Positions 40,001 through 49,552 of a stretch of DNA of 64,000 nucleotides are shown here, piece by piece; the first letter of the stretch is position 1, and each line of letters opens with the position of its first letter. A program made the position numbers and the translations under genes. This DNA comes from Candidatus Xenobia bacterium (lineage in GTDB: Bacteria > Vulcanimicrobiota > Xenobia > Xenobiales > QWHO01), in contig BTUM01000017.1 in assembly GCA_045863235.1 (NCBI GenBank), forward strand, positions 1-64,000, written 5' to 3'. The notes beneath the pieces are model-generated. The model was not told the origin of the DNA and did no database searches. It saw only the letters and a list, made by a program, of their open reading frames with translations.

Positions 40001-43000
40001 GCTCCCCCGCGAGTCTGCCGGTGATGACCAGCCTGCCAGCGCCGAGCCTGACTACGGCTCCGAGTCTGCCTTTGCCAGGTCTGCCGGCACCGAGCCCGCA
40101 GCCCGCCGTCGTGCAGCCCCCCCCGGCGAGCCCGCAGCCGGTAGCTCAAAGCTTGCCCGCGGCGCCCGCCGCCCCCAGCCAGCCGTCGGCCGAGCCCGTG
40201 CTGCTGGCCGTGGTGGCCGAGAAGACCGGCTATCCCGTCGAGATGCTGCACCTGGACATGGACCTCGAGGCCGACCTGGGTATCGACTCCATCAAGCGCG
40301 TCGAGATCCTGGCCGCCGTCGAGGAGCGCCTTCCCGGAATGGGCCGCATCGCCCCCGACCGGGTGGGCTCGTTGCGCACCCTGCGTGAGGTGCTGGCCCA
40401 GACCGGCAGCGCCGCTCCCACCTCCGCGGCCCCAAGCGCCGCCGCGCCTCCATCCTCGGACGCGGCCGAGGTGCTGTTGGCCATCGTCGCCGACAAGACC
40501 GGTTACCCTCGCGAAATGCTGCATCTGGAGATGGATCTGGAGAGCGATCTGGGCATCGACTCCATCAAGCGCGTCGAGATTCTGGCCTCCCTGGAAGAGG
40601 CCCGTCCCGGCCTGGGCAAGGTGGCTCCCGACCAGGTGGGCAGCCTGCGCACGCTGGGTCAGATCCTGGCCCAACTCGCTCCCGGCGCTCCCGCTGCTCC
40701 CGCCGCCTCCTCCGCATCGGCCTCCAGCGACCTGAGCGAGAGCCTGCTGGCGGCGGTTTCGGAGAAGACCGGCTATCCACGCGAGATGCTTCACCTTCAG
40801 ATGGACCTGGAGGCCGATCTGGGCATCGACTCCATCAAGCGGGTCGAGATTCTGGCTGCCATGGAAGAGCGCAACCCGGGCTCCGGCCGCGTGCCGGCCG
40901 ACCGGGTGGGCAGCCTGCGCACCCTGCAGGAAGTCCTGGAGGCGATCGCCCCCCAGGCCGGTGCGCCGACCGTGACCCCCGAAGCGGAAGTGCCCACCTT
41001 GCCTCTGGAGCGCAAGCTGGTGAAAGCCGTTTCCAGCCACAGTCCGGGCCCCGCTTTTCAGCCCCAGAGCGTAATCGTGCTCGACCCGGAGGGCCAGCTC
41101 GGGCCAGCCCTGGTCTGCGAGCTCGAGAGCCGGGGCATTTCGGCCGCGCTGAACGGGGAGGGCGACACGCTCATTCTGGTGGCCTCCGGAGCCTCTCGTT
41201 GGGACAGCTTGAAATCGCTGCGCGAAGGTTTTCTGGCTCTGCAGAGCCGGGCCAACCAGCTCAAGGCGGTAGCCAGCGTGACCCGCATGGACGGCCAGTT
41301 CGGCCTCAGCGGAAGCAGCGACTATGATGCCAGCGCCGCCGGTCTGGCCGGGCTGACCCGAACCATCGCCCATGAGTGGCCTCAGGTGACAGCCCGCGCT
41401 CTGGACGTGGACCGTCGCTGGGATAGCACCCAGGCCGCCCGAGCGGTGGTGGACGAGCTGTTGACCGGTGGCCCGCTGGAAGTGGCTCTGGGACCGGACG
41501 GCCGATTCGAGCTGGGGGTGGAGGATTGCCCCGTCAGCGCCGAGCAGTCGATGCCGCTGCAGGCCGGAGACGTGCTGGTGATCACCGGCGGCGCTCGCGG
41601 CGTGACCGCGGCCGTGGCCGAGGCGCTGGCGCGCGCGATCCGACCCACCCTGGTGCTTCTGGGACGCTCCAGCGAGCCATTCGTCGAGCCCGACTGGCTC
41701 AGGGGCATCGAGGGCGAGGCTGACCTCAAGCGAGCCATCGCCTCGCACAAGAACGGCAATGGCGCGCTGCGCCCGGCCGAATTGGAAGAGGCTTTCCGGC
41801 GCTACCAGGCCAACCGGGAAGTGAGCGCCAGCCTCGAGCACATGCGAGCCGCCGGCTCCAAGGTCGCTTACTATTCGGTGGATGTGCGCGACCGCGCCAG
41901 CCTCGAGCGAGTGCTCAGCCAGGTGCGATCCGAGCACGGGCCCATTCGCGGGCTGATCCACGGGGCTGGAGTGCTGGCCGACAAGAAGATCGTGGACAAG
42001 CAGCTGGCCCAGTTCGACAACGTCTTCGACACCAAAGTCGTGGGCATGCGCCATCTACTGGATCTCACCTGCGACGATCCGATCAAGGTCTTGCTCTTGT
42101 TCAGCTCGGTCACGGCTCGCTACGGCCGTCCCGGCCAGGTGGATTATTGCATGGCCAACGAAGTGCTCAACAAGATCGCCCATCAGGAGGCTCGGCGCCG
42201 CCCCGACTGCAGGGTCGCCGCCCTGGGCTGGGGCCCCTGGCACGGGGGGATGGTCCACGACGGGCTGGCTCGCGAGTTCACCCGCCTGGGGGTAGGCCTG
42301 ATCGACCTCGAGCAGGGGGCTCAGGCCCTGGTGGACGAGCTGACCGCCTCGCGCGAGGAGGTCGAGCTCTTGCTGGGCTCCGGCCTGCCTGCGCCGGCTC
42401 CTCCGACGCCTCGAGCCGAGTCTGTGCTGCAACTGAAGCTGTCCGTGGGCGACTACCCGTTCCTGGCCTCCCACGTGCTGGGTGGGCGGCCGGTGCTGCC
42501 GCTGGCCATGATGATGGAATGGTTCGGCCATGCCGCGCTGCACGCCAATCCAGGCCTGCGCTTTGCGGGCCTGGAGGAAGTGGCCGTGTTCAAGGGTGTG
42601 GCCATTGAGAACGGTGCTCTGCCCGTGGCCGTGGCCGCAGGCCAGGCCGTGGCCCGGGGTGAGGACCTGCTCGTCCCTGTGGAGCTGGTGGATCCCCACA
42701 CCGGACGGGTGCACGCTCGCTCTCGCGTGGTCCTCTCCCCTGAGCTTCCTCAGGCACCTACCTGGAAACCGCTGACCTCTCTACGCTCCTTCCCGGCCGA
42801 GCCCGAGCAGATTTACTCCAAGATGCTCTTCCACGGCCCGCACTTTCATGCCATCCACCACCTCGAAGGCATTGCCGCCGAGGGGCTGGTGGCCGAGTTG
42901 GCCAGCGCTGCCAAGCCGGCCGAGTGGATGACCCGTCCCGTGCGCAGCGAATGGCTGACCGATCCTCTGGCCCTGGACGGAGTTCTGCAACTGGGTATCC

Positions 43001-43260
43001 TGTGGTGCCGCGAGGAATTGGGCAAGCCATCGCTCCCCTCAAGGATGCGCGCTTACCGCCAATTTCAGGCCCGCTTCCCCCGCCGCGGGGTGCGAGCCGA
43101 GCTGGTGGTCAACCGCTCGCATGGCAGCCTGCTCGAGGCCGACGTGCGCCTCAGCGACGAGCACGGGCAGCCACTGGCGCTCTTCGAAGGGCTGGAATGG
43201 ACCGCCGACGCGTCCCTGGATCGCTCCTTCGAAGCTCGCAGCGTTGTCGGCGCGTCCTGA
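37012..43260 (+). CDS. pfaA: PfaA-like iterative type I synthase: KS-MAT-3xACP-KR-DH
   Basis: KS DAACASS / EAHGTGT / GHTKAAAG; AT GHSYG and AFHS; three DLGIDSIKRVEIL ACPs; KR TGGARGVT and YCMANE; DH HVLGGRPVLP and DGVLQ. Confidence 0.95.
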   Translation: MSADRDVAIVGMACLFPKASNLKGFWHLVRVGLDAVDDVPASHWNPDDYFDADPKSPDMTYCRRGGFLSPVSFDPTEFSLPPAALEATDTSQLLGLVVAKAALEDAGYGSGREFNRQSTSVILGVTGTLELVIPLGARLGHPIWRRALLESGVDPETTEEVVRRIADDYVPWQENSFPGLLGNVVAGRIANRLDLQGTNCVVDAACASSLSAVHMGVLELGAGRADMVVTGGVDTFNDIFMFMCFSKTPALSASGQIRPFDESADGTMLGEGLGMIVLKRVADARRDGDRIYAVIRGVGTASDGVGQAVYAPASPGQARCLRDAYRTSGVDPGTVELVEAHGTGTKVGDAVEFEALREVYSEARSDRNWCALGSVKSNLGHTKAAAGAAGMIKAALALYTKVLPATLKVEKPNPRMNIQDSPFYLNTRTRPWPGNREHPRRAALSSFGFGGSNYHIVLEEADPIRTEVAWDGSVQIFAFSGATREELIARFEGCDGSARSAGLSRQSFSPTAPWRAVLVGDDTARAARLLQKGEQSPDLFVGQGSTPGELAFLFPGQGSQQVDMGCELACLFPQLLESLEAAGRDIWQAIYPPPAFTAPERDAQKAALTRTEVAQPALGAVESGLAAILESFGVRPSMAAGHSYGELVALQAAGCFDRDGLLALSRLRGQLMAGEPGQDRGTMLAVSASPEAVTRVINEQQVVLANLNSPGQTVLSGSREAIALAADALKKAGLSALPLNVAAAFHSPLVAQARDPFHAALSQMPWQAAAFPVYANATARPYPAEADQARALLADQLTSPVRWVELMEQLYQAGARVFVEVGPRRVLSGLAQGILGDRPHHCLALDGGLLELARALAQLAALGYPVRLDNWEVVPPEERKKRMEVQLVGSNYRAPRAQTNVSPAPRQAPPPAQVTPTQAATRPDVPQAPPQSVAAGADPLVLEALRGVQSSLTAMQTLQQQTASLHQRFLEGQELAQRTFMEMLQGQQRLVETMLGGSPASLPVMTSLPAPSLTTAPSLPLPGLPAPSPQPAVVQPPPASPQPVAQSLPAAPAAPSQPSAEPVLLAVVAEKTGYPVEMLHLDMDLEADLGIDSIKRVEILAAVEERLPGMGRIAPDRVGSLRTLREVLAQTGSAAPTSAAPSAAAPPSSDAAEVLLAIVADKTGYPREMLHLEMDLESDLGIDSIKRVEILASLEEARPGLGKVAPDQVGSLRTLGQILAQLAPGAPAAPAASSASASSDLSESLLAAVSEKTGYPREMLHLQMDLEADLGIDSIKRVEILAAMEERNPGSGRVPADRVGSLRTLQEVLEAIAPQAGAPTVTPEAEVPTLPLERKLVKAVSSHSPGPAFQPQSVIVLDPEGQLGPALVCELESRGISAALNGEGDTLILVASGASRWDSLKSLREGFLALQSRANQLKAVASVTRMDGQFGLSGSSDYDASAAGLAGLTRTIAHEWPQVTARALDVDRRWDSTQAARAVVDELLTGGPLEVALGPDGRFELGVEDCPVSAEQSMPLQAGDVLVITGGARGVTAAVAEALARAIRPTLVLLGRSSEPFVEPDWLRGIEGEADLKRAIASHKNGNGALRPAELEEAFRRYQANREVSASLEHMRAAGSKVAYYSVDVRDRASLERVLSQVRSEHGPIRGLIHGAGVLADKKIVDKQLAQFDNVFDTKVVGMRHLLDLTCDDPIKVLLLFSSVTARYGRPGQVDYCMANEVLNKIAHQEARRRPDCRVAALGWGPWHGGMVHDGLAREFTRLGVGLIDLEQGAQALVDELTASREEVELLLGSGLPAPAPPTPRAESVLQLKLSVGDYPFLASHVLGGRPVLPLAMMMEWFGHAALHANPGLRFAGLEEVAVFKGVAIENGALPVAVAAGQAVARGEDLLVPVELVDPHTGRVHARSRVVLSPELPQAPTWKPLTSLRSFPAEPEQIYSKMLFHGPHFHAIHHLEGIAAEGLVAELASAAKPAEWMTRPVRSEWLTDPLALDGVLQLGILWCREELGKPSLPSRMRAYRQFQARFPRRGVRAELVVNRSHGSLLEADVRLSDEHGQPLALFEGLEWTADASLDRSFEARSVVGAS
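40190..40950 (+). repeat. Three tandem ACP-coding repeats within pfaA
   Basis: Near-identical ...atcgactccatcaagcg(c/g)gtcgagat... blocks near 40273, 40546 and 40816, separated by Ala/Pro/Ser linkers. Confidence 0.9.
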
Positions 43261-43340
43261 TAGGGAATCGACCTGATTGCGAGAAGTACCCTTTCGAGAG
43301 CGCTGAAGAGGCGCCGCACAGTAAGGGAGAGGGTGCCGAA

Positions 43341-43928
43341 ATGAATGCGGTTTACTCACGCCGTCGCGCGCGAGCCGGAGAGACACAAAATGGCTGCCTG
43401 CTGTTCATCTGCCTCATGGTGGTGGCCGGATTCGTCGGTTACAACTACTTCATCAAGAACTACAACCTCAAGCACGCCGGCGATCAGGTTTACGCGTGGA
43501 CGGACCGGAACCCTGACGCCTTCCTGATGTATCGTAAGAAGCTGGTCCAGGTGAACATCCCCGATACCATCGCCCTTGCCAAGCAGACCCGGAAGCTATT
43601 CGCCGATCTCAAAGGCGGCAAGATCGATCAGAAGACCTTTAACAAAGAGGCGAACAAACAGATCGAGCGCTATTCGACCCTCATCGACACGGTCAACGGC
43701 ATGGCCGCCCCGCAGATTTTTCACAAGCCGGCCATCCGACTGGCCAAGAGCCATGGCGACTTTTATCAATGCCTGACCAAGCTCCAAAGGCTGCCCTCGG
43801 CCAAGACCGACCAGGAGAGGACCGAAGTCTTCGATTCGGCCTGGAAACATTGGACCAGCGGTTGGGACAACGTGCACTACGCCAAGCGCTACATCCGGCT
43901 GGACATCAGTTTCGACCAGACGAAGTAA
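43341..43928 (+). CDS. Hypothetical membrane-anchored protein with basic, prepilin-like N-terminus
   Basis: GGGAGAGG RBS. RRRARAG-ETQNGCLLFICLMVVAGFVGY followed by a helical soluble domain. Confidence 0.75.
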   Translation: MNAVYSRRRARAGETQNGCLLFICLMVVAGFVGYNYFIKNYNLKHAGDQVYAWTDRNPDAFLMYRKKLVQVNIPDTIALAKQTRKLFADLKGGKIDQKTFNKEANKQIERYSTLIDTVNGMAAPQIFHKPAIRLAKSHGDFYQCLTKLQRLPSAKTDQERTEVFDSAWKHWTSGWDNVHYAKRYIRLDISFDQTK

Positions 43929-43943
43929 GCGGCTCCAAAAAGT

Positions 43944-43972
43944 AGAGCCCCCGCCACCGCGGGGGCTCTTTC
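43944..43972. terminator. Bidirectional intrinsic terminator
   Basis: agagcccccgc-cacc-gcgggggctct flanked by A and T runs, between convergent genes. Confidence 0.85.
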
Positions 43973-43993
43973 AATTTGTCGAGCGCCGGCTCG

Positions 43994-44968
43994 TTAGACC
44001 ACGCGCTGGGCCTGCGGCTGCTCGATCTCGTAGATCTCCATGTTGTAGAGGGCGTTCGTCAGATAACCGGGCAGCACCTGAGAAAAGTCGCTGCTTGGCT
44101 GGCCGCCCGCGGCCATCATCTTGCGCGGATCCTGGAGGAAGGTCTCGTCCTCACGCTGGGTCTTGGCCAGCTCTTTCTGCTCGCTGAGCATGGCCGCGAT
44201 GGTCTGCTCATGGTCCATCATGTCCTTCATTTCCTGGCTGTTCTCTTCCACCCGGGCCTGCTGCTCCTCCATGGCGCGCATCTGGCTCAAGCCGCCCTCG
44301 ACGGTGGCCACCATCTCAGCATCGGGAGGCAGGTCGTCCTTCCAGCGCTCATCCTCGTGGTTCTGCTGGAGCTGAAAGGCCTTCTTCTGGGTGGTCACGA
44401 TGAGTTGCTGCAACTGGGCCTGAATGGCGGGATTGCTCAAGTCGGCCGCGTTGGCCTGCAGGAACTGCTGGATGTTGGCCTTCTCGTCCTTGAGGAAGGC
44501 GTCTTTCTGCGCCGTCTGCCGCTCGTTGAGGACGTTGCGCTTCTTGCTCTCAAAGCCCTCGCGGGCCTCTTTGTGGTCAGCCTGCTCCGGACCGGGCTCG
44601 ACCATCGGCTGACCCTGGTCGTTGACTGCGACCTCAGGCTTGCCGTCCGCTCCCGGCCTGGTTGCGTAGTGGTTCTTAGCGAAAAACTCTTGCTTCATGT
44701 CGGCCACTTGCTGCTTGAGGTTCTGGCCGAACTGTTGACGCTGCTGCGCGTGGCCCTCCTGCAGCCGCTGCAGGTTCTTGTGCGCCGTCTCAGGGTAGGG
44801 CGGGGGCTCGAAGTTCCAATCGAAACGCTGGGTGGTTCGGGGGTCGGACCGCTTGGAGTAAATGTCCGACGTCTCGCCCATGGTCTTCCAGAACTTCTTC
44901 TCGTTGTCCTTGAGGGCGGCCTGAGCCTTCGCCTGCTGATTGCCGCCGCCAATCGTGTTGATCAGCAT
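43994..44968 (-). CDS. Gln/Glu-rich coiled-coil hypothetical protein
   Basis: Long ORF with strong GC3 bias. Start at MLINTIGG after an AGGA RBS. Confidence 0.75.
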   Translation of the reverse strand: MLINTIGGGNQQAKAQAALKDNEKKFWKTMGETSDIYSKRSDPRTTQRFDWNFEPPPYPETAHKNLQRLQEGHAQQRQQFGQNLKQQVADMKQEFFAKNHYATRPGADGKPEVAVNDQGQPMVEPGPEQADHKEAREGFESKKRNVLNERQTAQKDAFLKDEKANIQQFLQANAADLSNPAIQAQLQQLIVTTQKKAFQLQQNHEDERWKDDLPPDAEMVATVEGGLSQMRAMEEQQARVEENSQEMKDMMDHEQTIAAMLSEQKELAKTQREDETFLQDPRKMMAAGGQPSSDFSQVLPGYLTNALYNMEIYEIEQPQAQRVV

Positions 44969-45115
44969 GCCTATTCCTAGTACTGCCCAAAACACGAGTC
45001 GCTCTCGCCTGCCTTTTCCTTTGGAGTCTCAAGGCCACTTTGGGCCCATGTAATACTAACACGCAAAGGCCAGCCAAACAAGGGTTCCTCCACAGCTGGC
45101 CGAACAAACCACACA

Positions 45116-46402
45116 ATGGCAACTCTAAGACGACAGGAGCGGTCGACAAGTTGGCGCCGGTTGACTCGATGGCGGCGCTCCCTGGGACGCGTCCGCGACC
45201 TCTTCCCCTTCCGGCTCACCGGGGTGCTGGTGGTGGGCCTGATCGTGGTGGGCTTTCGCTTCATGGGATTGAGCCAGTCCGACCTGGTGATCCTGATCGC
45301 CAGCCTGTGCCTGGCCGCTCTCACGGTCTGGGTGTTGCTGAGCACCATCCTGGCGGCTTTGCTGCTCTCTCGCCGTTACCGCCAGGCCGAGCATCCGAGC
45401 TCTGAGACGCCCCTGCAGCTCGAGGTTCACGCCCGCACTCCCAGCGGCTTCTCCCTGCGCTCCTTCTGGCTGCCGCTGATCGAGGTGGACTGGCGCTGGC
45501 TGGGAACGCAGGTGGAGGTCAACCTGCTCTCGGGCCGGGGTTGCTGGCGCGAGGAGCTCAAGCCGGCCCGGCGGGGCCTGATCGACCGGGTACGGCGCAA
45601 GCTCGAGGTGCGCGACGTGCTTGGCCTGTGCTCCATCGCCTGGGAAGCCGAGCAGGCAACCCGGGTGGTCGTGATGCCTCCCCGTGGCCGGCTCGACTCG
45701 GCCAGCTTGCTGCTCAGCCTGTTCTCGGGCGATGACCTGTCCGACCCGTTGGGCGAGCCCATCGGAGATCGGGTCGAGATGCGCCCCTACTCTCCTGGTG
45801 ACCCGCCCCGGCTGATCTTGTGGAAGGTCTACGCTCGCACCCGCAAGCTGATGGTCCGGGTGCACGAGCGAGCGATCACCGTCCAGCCGCGCGCCTGCGC
45901 CTACATGGTGGCCGGCCCTCAGGACGACGCCGTGGCCGCCCTGGCCCGAACCGTGCTGGAGAGCGACCTGCTGGGCAAAGGCTGGCGTTTCGGAGCGGAC
46001 AACTCGGCCGACCCCACCTCTCGACTGGATGAGGCCCTGTTGCAACTGGCCCGCTCGGGCAACCCGCTCAGCGGACCCTCCGGCCTGGCCGGCTATCTGG
46101 CCCGGGCAGCCACCGATGGCTACAAGAGCTGCCTGGTCTTCGTGCCCCCCGGCCCCGGAGCATGGCTCGAGGCGGTGCGCGCGGCGGCGGCCCAGAGCTC
46201 CTTGCGGCTCACGTTCATCACAGTGGATTCACGGGCGAGCCTGGCCCCCTCCTGGCGCTGGCTCTTCCTGCGCGAGCAGCGGGCCCGTCCCTCCAACAGC
46301 GGCCTGGTGGACCTGCTGGCCGGTCGGGAACATCGTCTGCTCAGTTACGACGACCGTAGCGGCGGTGTGCGCCAGGAGCAAGCGACGCGGAGGGCATCCT
46401 GA
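45116..46402 (+). CDS. DUF58 domain membrane protein
   Basis: Two N-terminal TMs, RRG...D.LGL, MRPYSPGDPPRLI.WK..AR...LMVR. Confidence 0.88.
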   Translation: MATLRRQERSTSWRRLTRWRRSLGRVRDLFPFRLTGVLVVGLIVVGFRFMGLSQSDLVILIASLCLAALTVWVLLSTILAALLLSRRYRQAEHPSSETPLQLEVHARTPSGFSLRSFWLPLIEVDWRWLGTQVEVNLLSGRGCWREELKPARRGLIDRVRRKLEVRDVLGLCSIAWEAEQATRVVVMPPRGRLDSASLLLSLFSGDDLSDPLGEPIGDRVEMRPYSPGDPPRLILWKVYARTRKLMVRVHERAITVQPRACAYMVAGPQDDAVAALARTVLESDLLGKGWRFGADNSADPTSRLDEALLQLARSGNPLSGPSGLAGYLARAATDGYKSCLVFVPPGPGAWLEAVRAAAAQSSLRLTFITVDSRASLAPSWRWLFLREQRARPSNSGLVDLLAGREHRLLSYDDRSGGVRQEQATRRAS

Positions 46403-46416
46403 GGTTTCGAGATTTC

Positions 46417-48534
46417 GTGGGGGCAGTGATCTGGGGCTGCGCGGCCGCCGTTGCGGCCCTGCAACTGAGCTTGCCGGGCCCGGCCCTGAGCGCCTTCCTG
46501 GGGGGTTTCCTGGGCCTGTTCCTGGCCGCCCGGCTGGACCGAACCCTGCTGCGCACCTCCTGGGGCGCCGCTCTGATCGCGCTGGCCACGGTGGCGCTGC
46601 AGCTCCTGGCCCGTCTCCCCGGCTGGATCCCCCCCCTGGGCAGGCTGACCGGGGCCGCCAACTTGCTGCTCTTGACCGAGATCCTTTCCTGGTTCTGCTT
46701 GAGCCTGACCACAGTGGCCTTCTGGCACTTCCTGAGCCGGCGCATCCGCTTCTTCTCGGGCCTGGAGCTGGCCATCGTGGTGGGGATCCTGGCCAGTCCC
46801 TTCGCGGCCCACCGGGGCGGCTTCATCAACCGGCCCTACTTCCTGGTCGACCCGCTCTGGTCGCGAGGCTACGACCCGGTGCCGGTGCTGTTCGCCCTGG
46901 GGGCCCTGGCGGCCACCGCCGGCGCCCTGGTCACCCTGGGTCGCAGCTCACGGCGGGGCCACATGCTCGACGCCCTGCTCATCCCCCTGCTCCTTCTCCT
47001 GATCTTCGCGCTCTTGCCCTCGCGAGCGCTGCGGGATTGGTTCCCCGACAAGGCCGAGTCCATGGGGCTGACCGGCAAGCCCCGCGAAGGAGGCAAAGGC
47101 AAAGGCAACGAGCGGCCCCAGAACGAGATGGAGCTCGAGGACAACCACGAGCAGTCCCACTCCCCTACCCCGGTCGCCGTGGTCTTGCTGCAAGACGACT
47201 ACACCCCCCCCTCGGGCGCCTACTACTTCCGCCAGACCGCCTTCTCGGTCTACAACGGACGGCGGCTGGTGGCCGACCTGGTGGGCCAGGGCGACAAGGA
47301 CATCCCCATCGGCTTTCCGGCGCCCGGCCTGGACACCAGCCTGCCCAGCCGTCCCGCCAGCCAGGTTCCCACCCGCAAGCTGAAGACCACCGTAGCCCTG
47401 ATCTCCAGCCACACCCGGCCCATCGGCCTGATCACCCCCGAGCGCTTCGTCTCCCAGAACAATCCCAACCCCGAGCAGTTCTGGAAGGCCTACGAGGTGG
47501 AGTCGGAGGTCATGCTGGGAGACGAGATGATGCTGCTCGGGCGGCCGGCCGGCGAGACCGACTGGACCCCCGAGGTGTGGAAGCAATACACCGAAGTCCC
47601 GCCCGACCCGCGCTACAAGAAGCTGGCCGACGAAGTGTGCGAGCGGCTGCGGCCCGAGTTGCGCCGCGATCCCTACGCCCAGGCTCTGGCCGTGCGATTC
47701 TTCCTGGAGAAGGAAGGCATCTACTCGCTGCGCTCGCGCCACATGCACGCGGCCGATCCGGTGGCCGACTTCCTCTTCGGCGACAAGACCGGCTATTGCG
47801 TGCACTTCGCCCACGCCGCCGTCTACTTGATGCGCTCGCAGGGAGTCCCGGCGCGGGTGGGAGCGGGCTACTACTCCGACGCGCGCAATCGCGGGCGGGG
47901 CTCGAGCATCCTGATCCGCAGCGGCGAAGCCCACGCCTGGCCCGAGATCTATCTGCAGGGAGTGGGCTGGGTGGTGGTGGACATCTCGCCCGAGCGCTCG
48001 CTGGTGCCCGAGATGTCCGGCCCCGACCCCGAGTTGCAGCGCATGCTCGGGCAGATGGCCCGCAACGAAAAAGACGAGCTGCGGGGCGAGCGCAAGAACC
48101 TGCGCGAGATGCTGCTCCGCTTCCTCCTGATCTCCTTGAAGGTTCTCCTGCTGGCCGCCCTGGTGACCATGCTGGGGCTGGGCGTGTGGAAGGTGTGGCG
48201 TCGGCTGGCCTTCCACTATGGCCCCGAGTCGCGAGCCCTGGGCCGGGCCTACCGGGCGGCCCTGGACGCCCTCAGCGACGTGGGCATCCGCCGCCAATAC
48301 GGCCAGGGACGGCTGGACTTTGCCCGCGAGCAGCAAGAACGGTTCCCGGAGCTGCTCGAGCTGACCCGCATGCACCTCGACCGGGTCATGGGCCCGCCCG
48401 GCACCCCGCCTGCCTCCCGCTCCGAGGCCGTGCGCCGCTATCGCGAGCTGACCCGCTCGATCCGCTCCCAGGTCAAGCCGGCCCGCCGGCTGCTGGGTGC
48501 CCTCAACCCCTTCAGCTGGCTGCTGGTCAAATGA
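46417..48534 (+). CDS. Membrane transglutaminase-like protein (TgpA type)
   Basis: Multi-TM N-terminus; GYCVHFA, G.PARV..GY, AHAWPEIY..G.GW..VD triad. Confidence 0.9.
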   Translation: MGAVIWGCAAAVAALQLSLPGPALSAFLGGFLGLFLAARLDRTLLRTSWGAALIALATVALQLLARLPGWIPPLGRLTGAANLLLLTEILSWFCLSLTTVAFWHFLSRRIRFFSGLELAIVVGILASPFAAHRGGFINRPYFLVDPLWSRGYDPVPVLFALGALAATAGALVTLGRSSRRGHMLDALLIPLLLLLIFALLPSRALRDWFPDKAESMGLTGKPREGGKGKGNERPQNEMELEDNHEQSHSPTPVAVVLLQDDYTPPSGAYYFRQTAFSVYNGRRLVADLVGQGDKDIPIGFPAPGLDTSLPSRPASQVPTRKLKTTVALISSHTRPIGLITPERFVSQNNPNPEQFWKAYEVESEVMLGDEMMLLGRPAGETDWTPEVWKQYTEVPPDPRYKKLADEVCERLRPELRRDPYAQALAVRFFLEKEGIYSLRSRHMHAADPVADFLFGDKTGYCVHFAHAAVYLMRSQGVPARVGAGYYSDARNRGRGSSILIRSGEAHAWPEIYLQGVGWVVVDISPERSLVPEMSGPDPELQRMLGQMARNEKDELRGERKNLREMLLRFLLISLKVLLLAALVTMLGLGVWKVWRRLAFHYGPESRALGRAYRAALDALSDVGIRRQYGQGRLDFAREQQERFPELLELTRMHLDRVMGPPGTPPASRSEAVRRYRELTRSIRSQVKPARRLLGALNPFSWLLVK

Positions 48535-48547
48535 GAAAGGACCCCCT

Positions 48548-49552
48548 GTGACTGCAAACCCAACCCGAGAACAGGCTCTGGAGAACGCCTCCCAGGTCAT
48601 CGAGAGGCTGCGAAAACGCTGCCAGCACGCGATTCGAGGCCGAGACGACGTGATCGATCTCTTGCTCATCGCGCTCATGGCCGATGGCCATGTACTGCTC
48701 GAGGATTATCCCGGCTCGGGCAAGACCACGCTGGCCAAGACACTGGGTGACTCGATCATCGACGACAACCCGCAGGAAAAGATCGCCGCCTTCCGGCGCA
48801 TCCAGTTCACCCCCGACCTGTTGCCCTCGGACATCACCGGGGTCTCGGTCTTCGAGCCCGACAAGGGGACCTTCGAGTTCCGTCCCGGACCCATCTTCGC
48901 CCACGTGGTGGTGGGGGACGAGATCAACCGCACCTCGCCCAAGGTGCAGGCGGCCATGCTCGAAGCCATGGCGGAGAAACAGGTCACGGTGGACAACGTG
49001 TCCCACCAGCTCGACGACCTCTTTTTCGTAATCGCCACCCAGAACCCGCGCGACCAGGCTGGCACCTACCCTCTGCCGGTGGCCCAGCTCGACCGCTTCC
49101 TCTTCAAGATCCGCATGGTCGACATCGAGCGCTCGGCCGAGATTGACGTGCTCGCGAGCTATAAGAAGCGGCGCACCGAGTCGACCGAGGAGCTGCCCAG
49201 GGTCACCCGCAGCCAGGTCATGGAGGCCCGCCGGGCCATCGACGAGCACGTCCACATCCATCCCGAGGTGCACACCTGCCTGGTGGACATCGCCCGCAAC
49301 CTGCGCAAGTCTCCGCAGGTCATGCAGGGGGTCTCCACCCGCAGCCTGGTGTTGCTGTTGCCAGCGATCCAGGCGGAAGCCCTCCTGCACAAGCGCAACT
49401 ACGTGCTGCCGGAAGACATCGAGCGGCTTGCGCCCCACGTGTTCACCCACCGCATGGAGCTCGCCCCGGGGGCCGAGGACCCCCACCGCCTCATCAAGGA
49501 ATGCGCCAAACCAGCCCTGGAAGCGCTCAGCCGGCAGGCTCTCAAATCGTGA
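48548..49552 (+). CDS. moxR: MoxR family AAA+ ATPase
   Basis: GHVLLED.PGSGKT, RIQFTPDLLPSDITG, DEINR..PK.Q.A.LEAM, ATQNP, YPLP.AQLDRF. Confidence 0.95.
   Translation: MTANPTREQALENASQVIERLRKRCQHAIRGRDDVIDLLLIALMADGHVLLEDYPGSGKTTLAKTLGDSIIDDNPQEKIAAFRRIQFTPDLLPSDITGVSVFEPDKGTFEFRPGPIFAHVVVGDEINRTSPKVQAAMLEAMAEKQVTVDNVSHQLDDLFFVIATQNPRDQAGTYPLPVAQLDRFLFKIRMVDIERSAEIDVLASYKKRRTESTEELPRVTRSQVMEARRAIDEHVHIHPEVHTCLVDIARNLRKSPQVMQGVSTRSLVLLLPAIQAEALLHKRNYVLPEDIERLAPHVFTHRMELAPGAEDPHRLIKECAKPALEALSRQALKS

Noticed and set aside
40190..40950. Regularly spaced DNA repeats as a possible CRISPR array
   Set aside because: They are in-frame tandem ACP domains with a period of about 270 bp. No cas genes are present.
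37012..43260. Enediyne PKS (PksE) interpretation
   Set aside because: It has multiple ACPs, an adjacent PfaD, no C-terminal PPTase domain and no thioesterase/unbL-U-V cassette.
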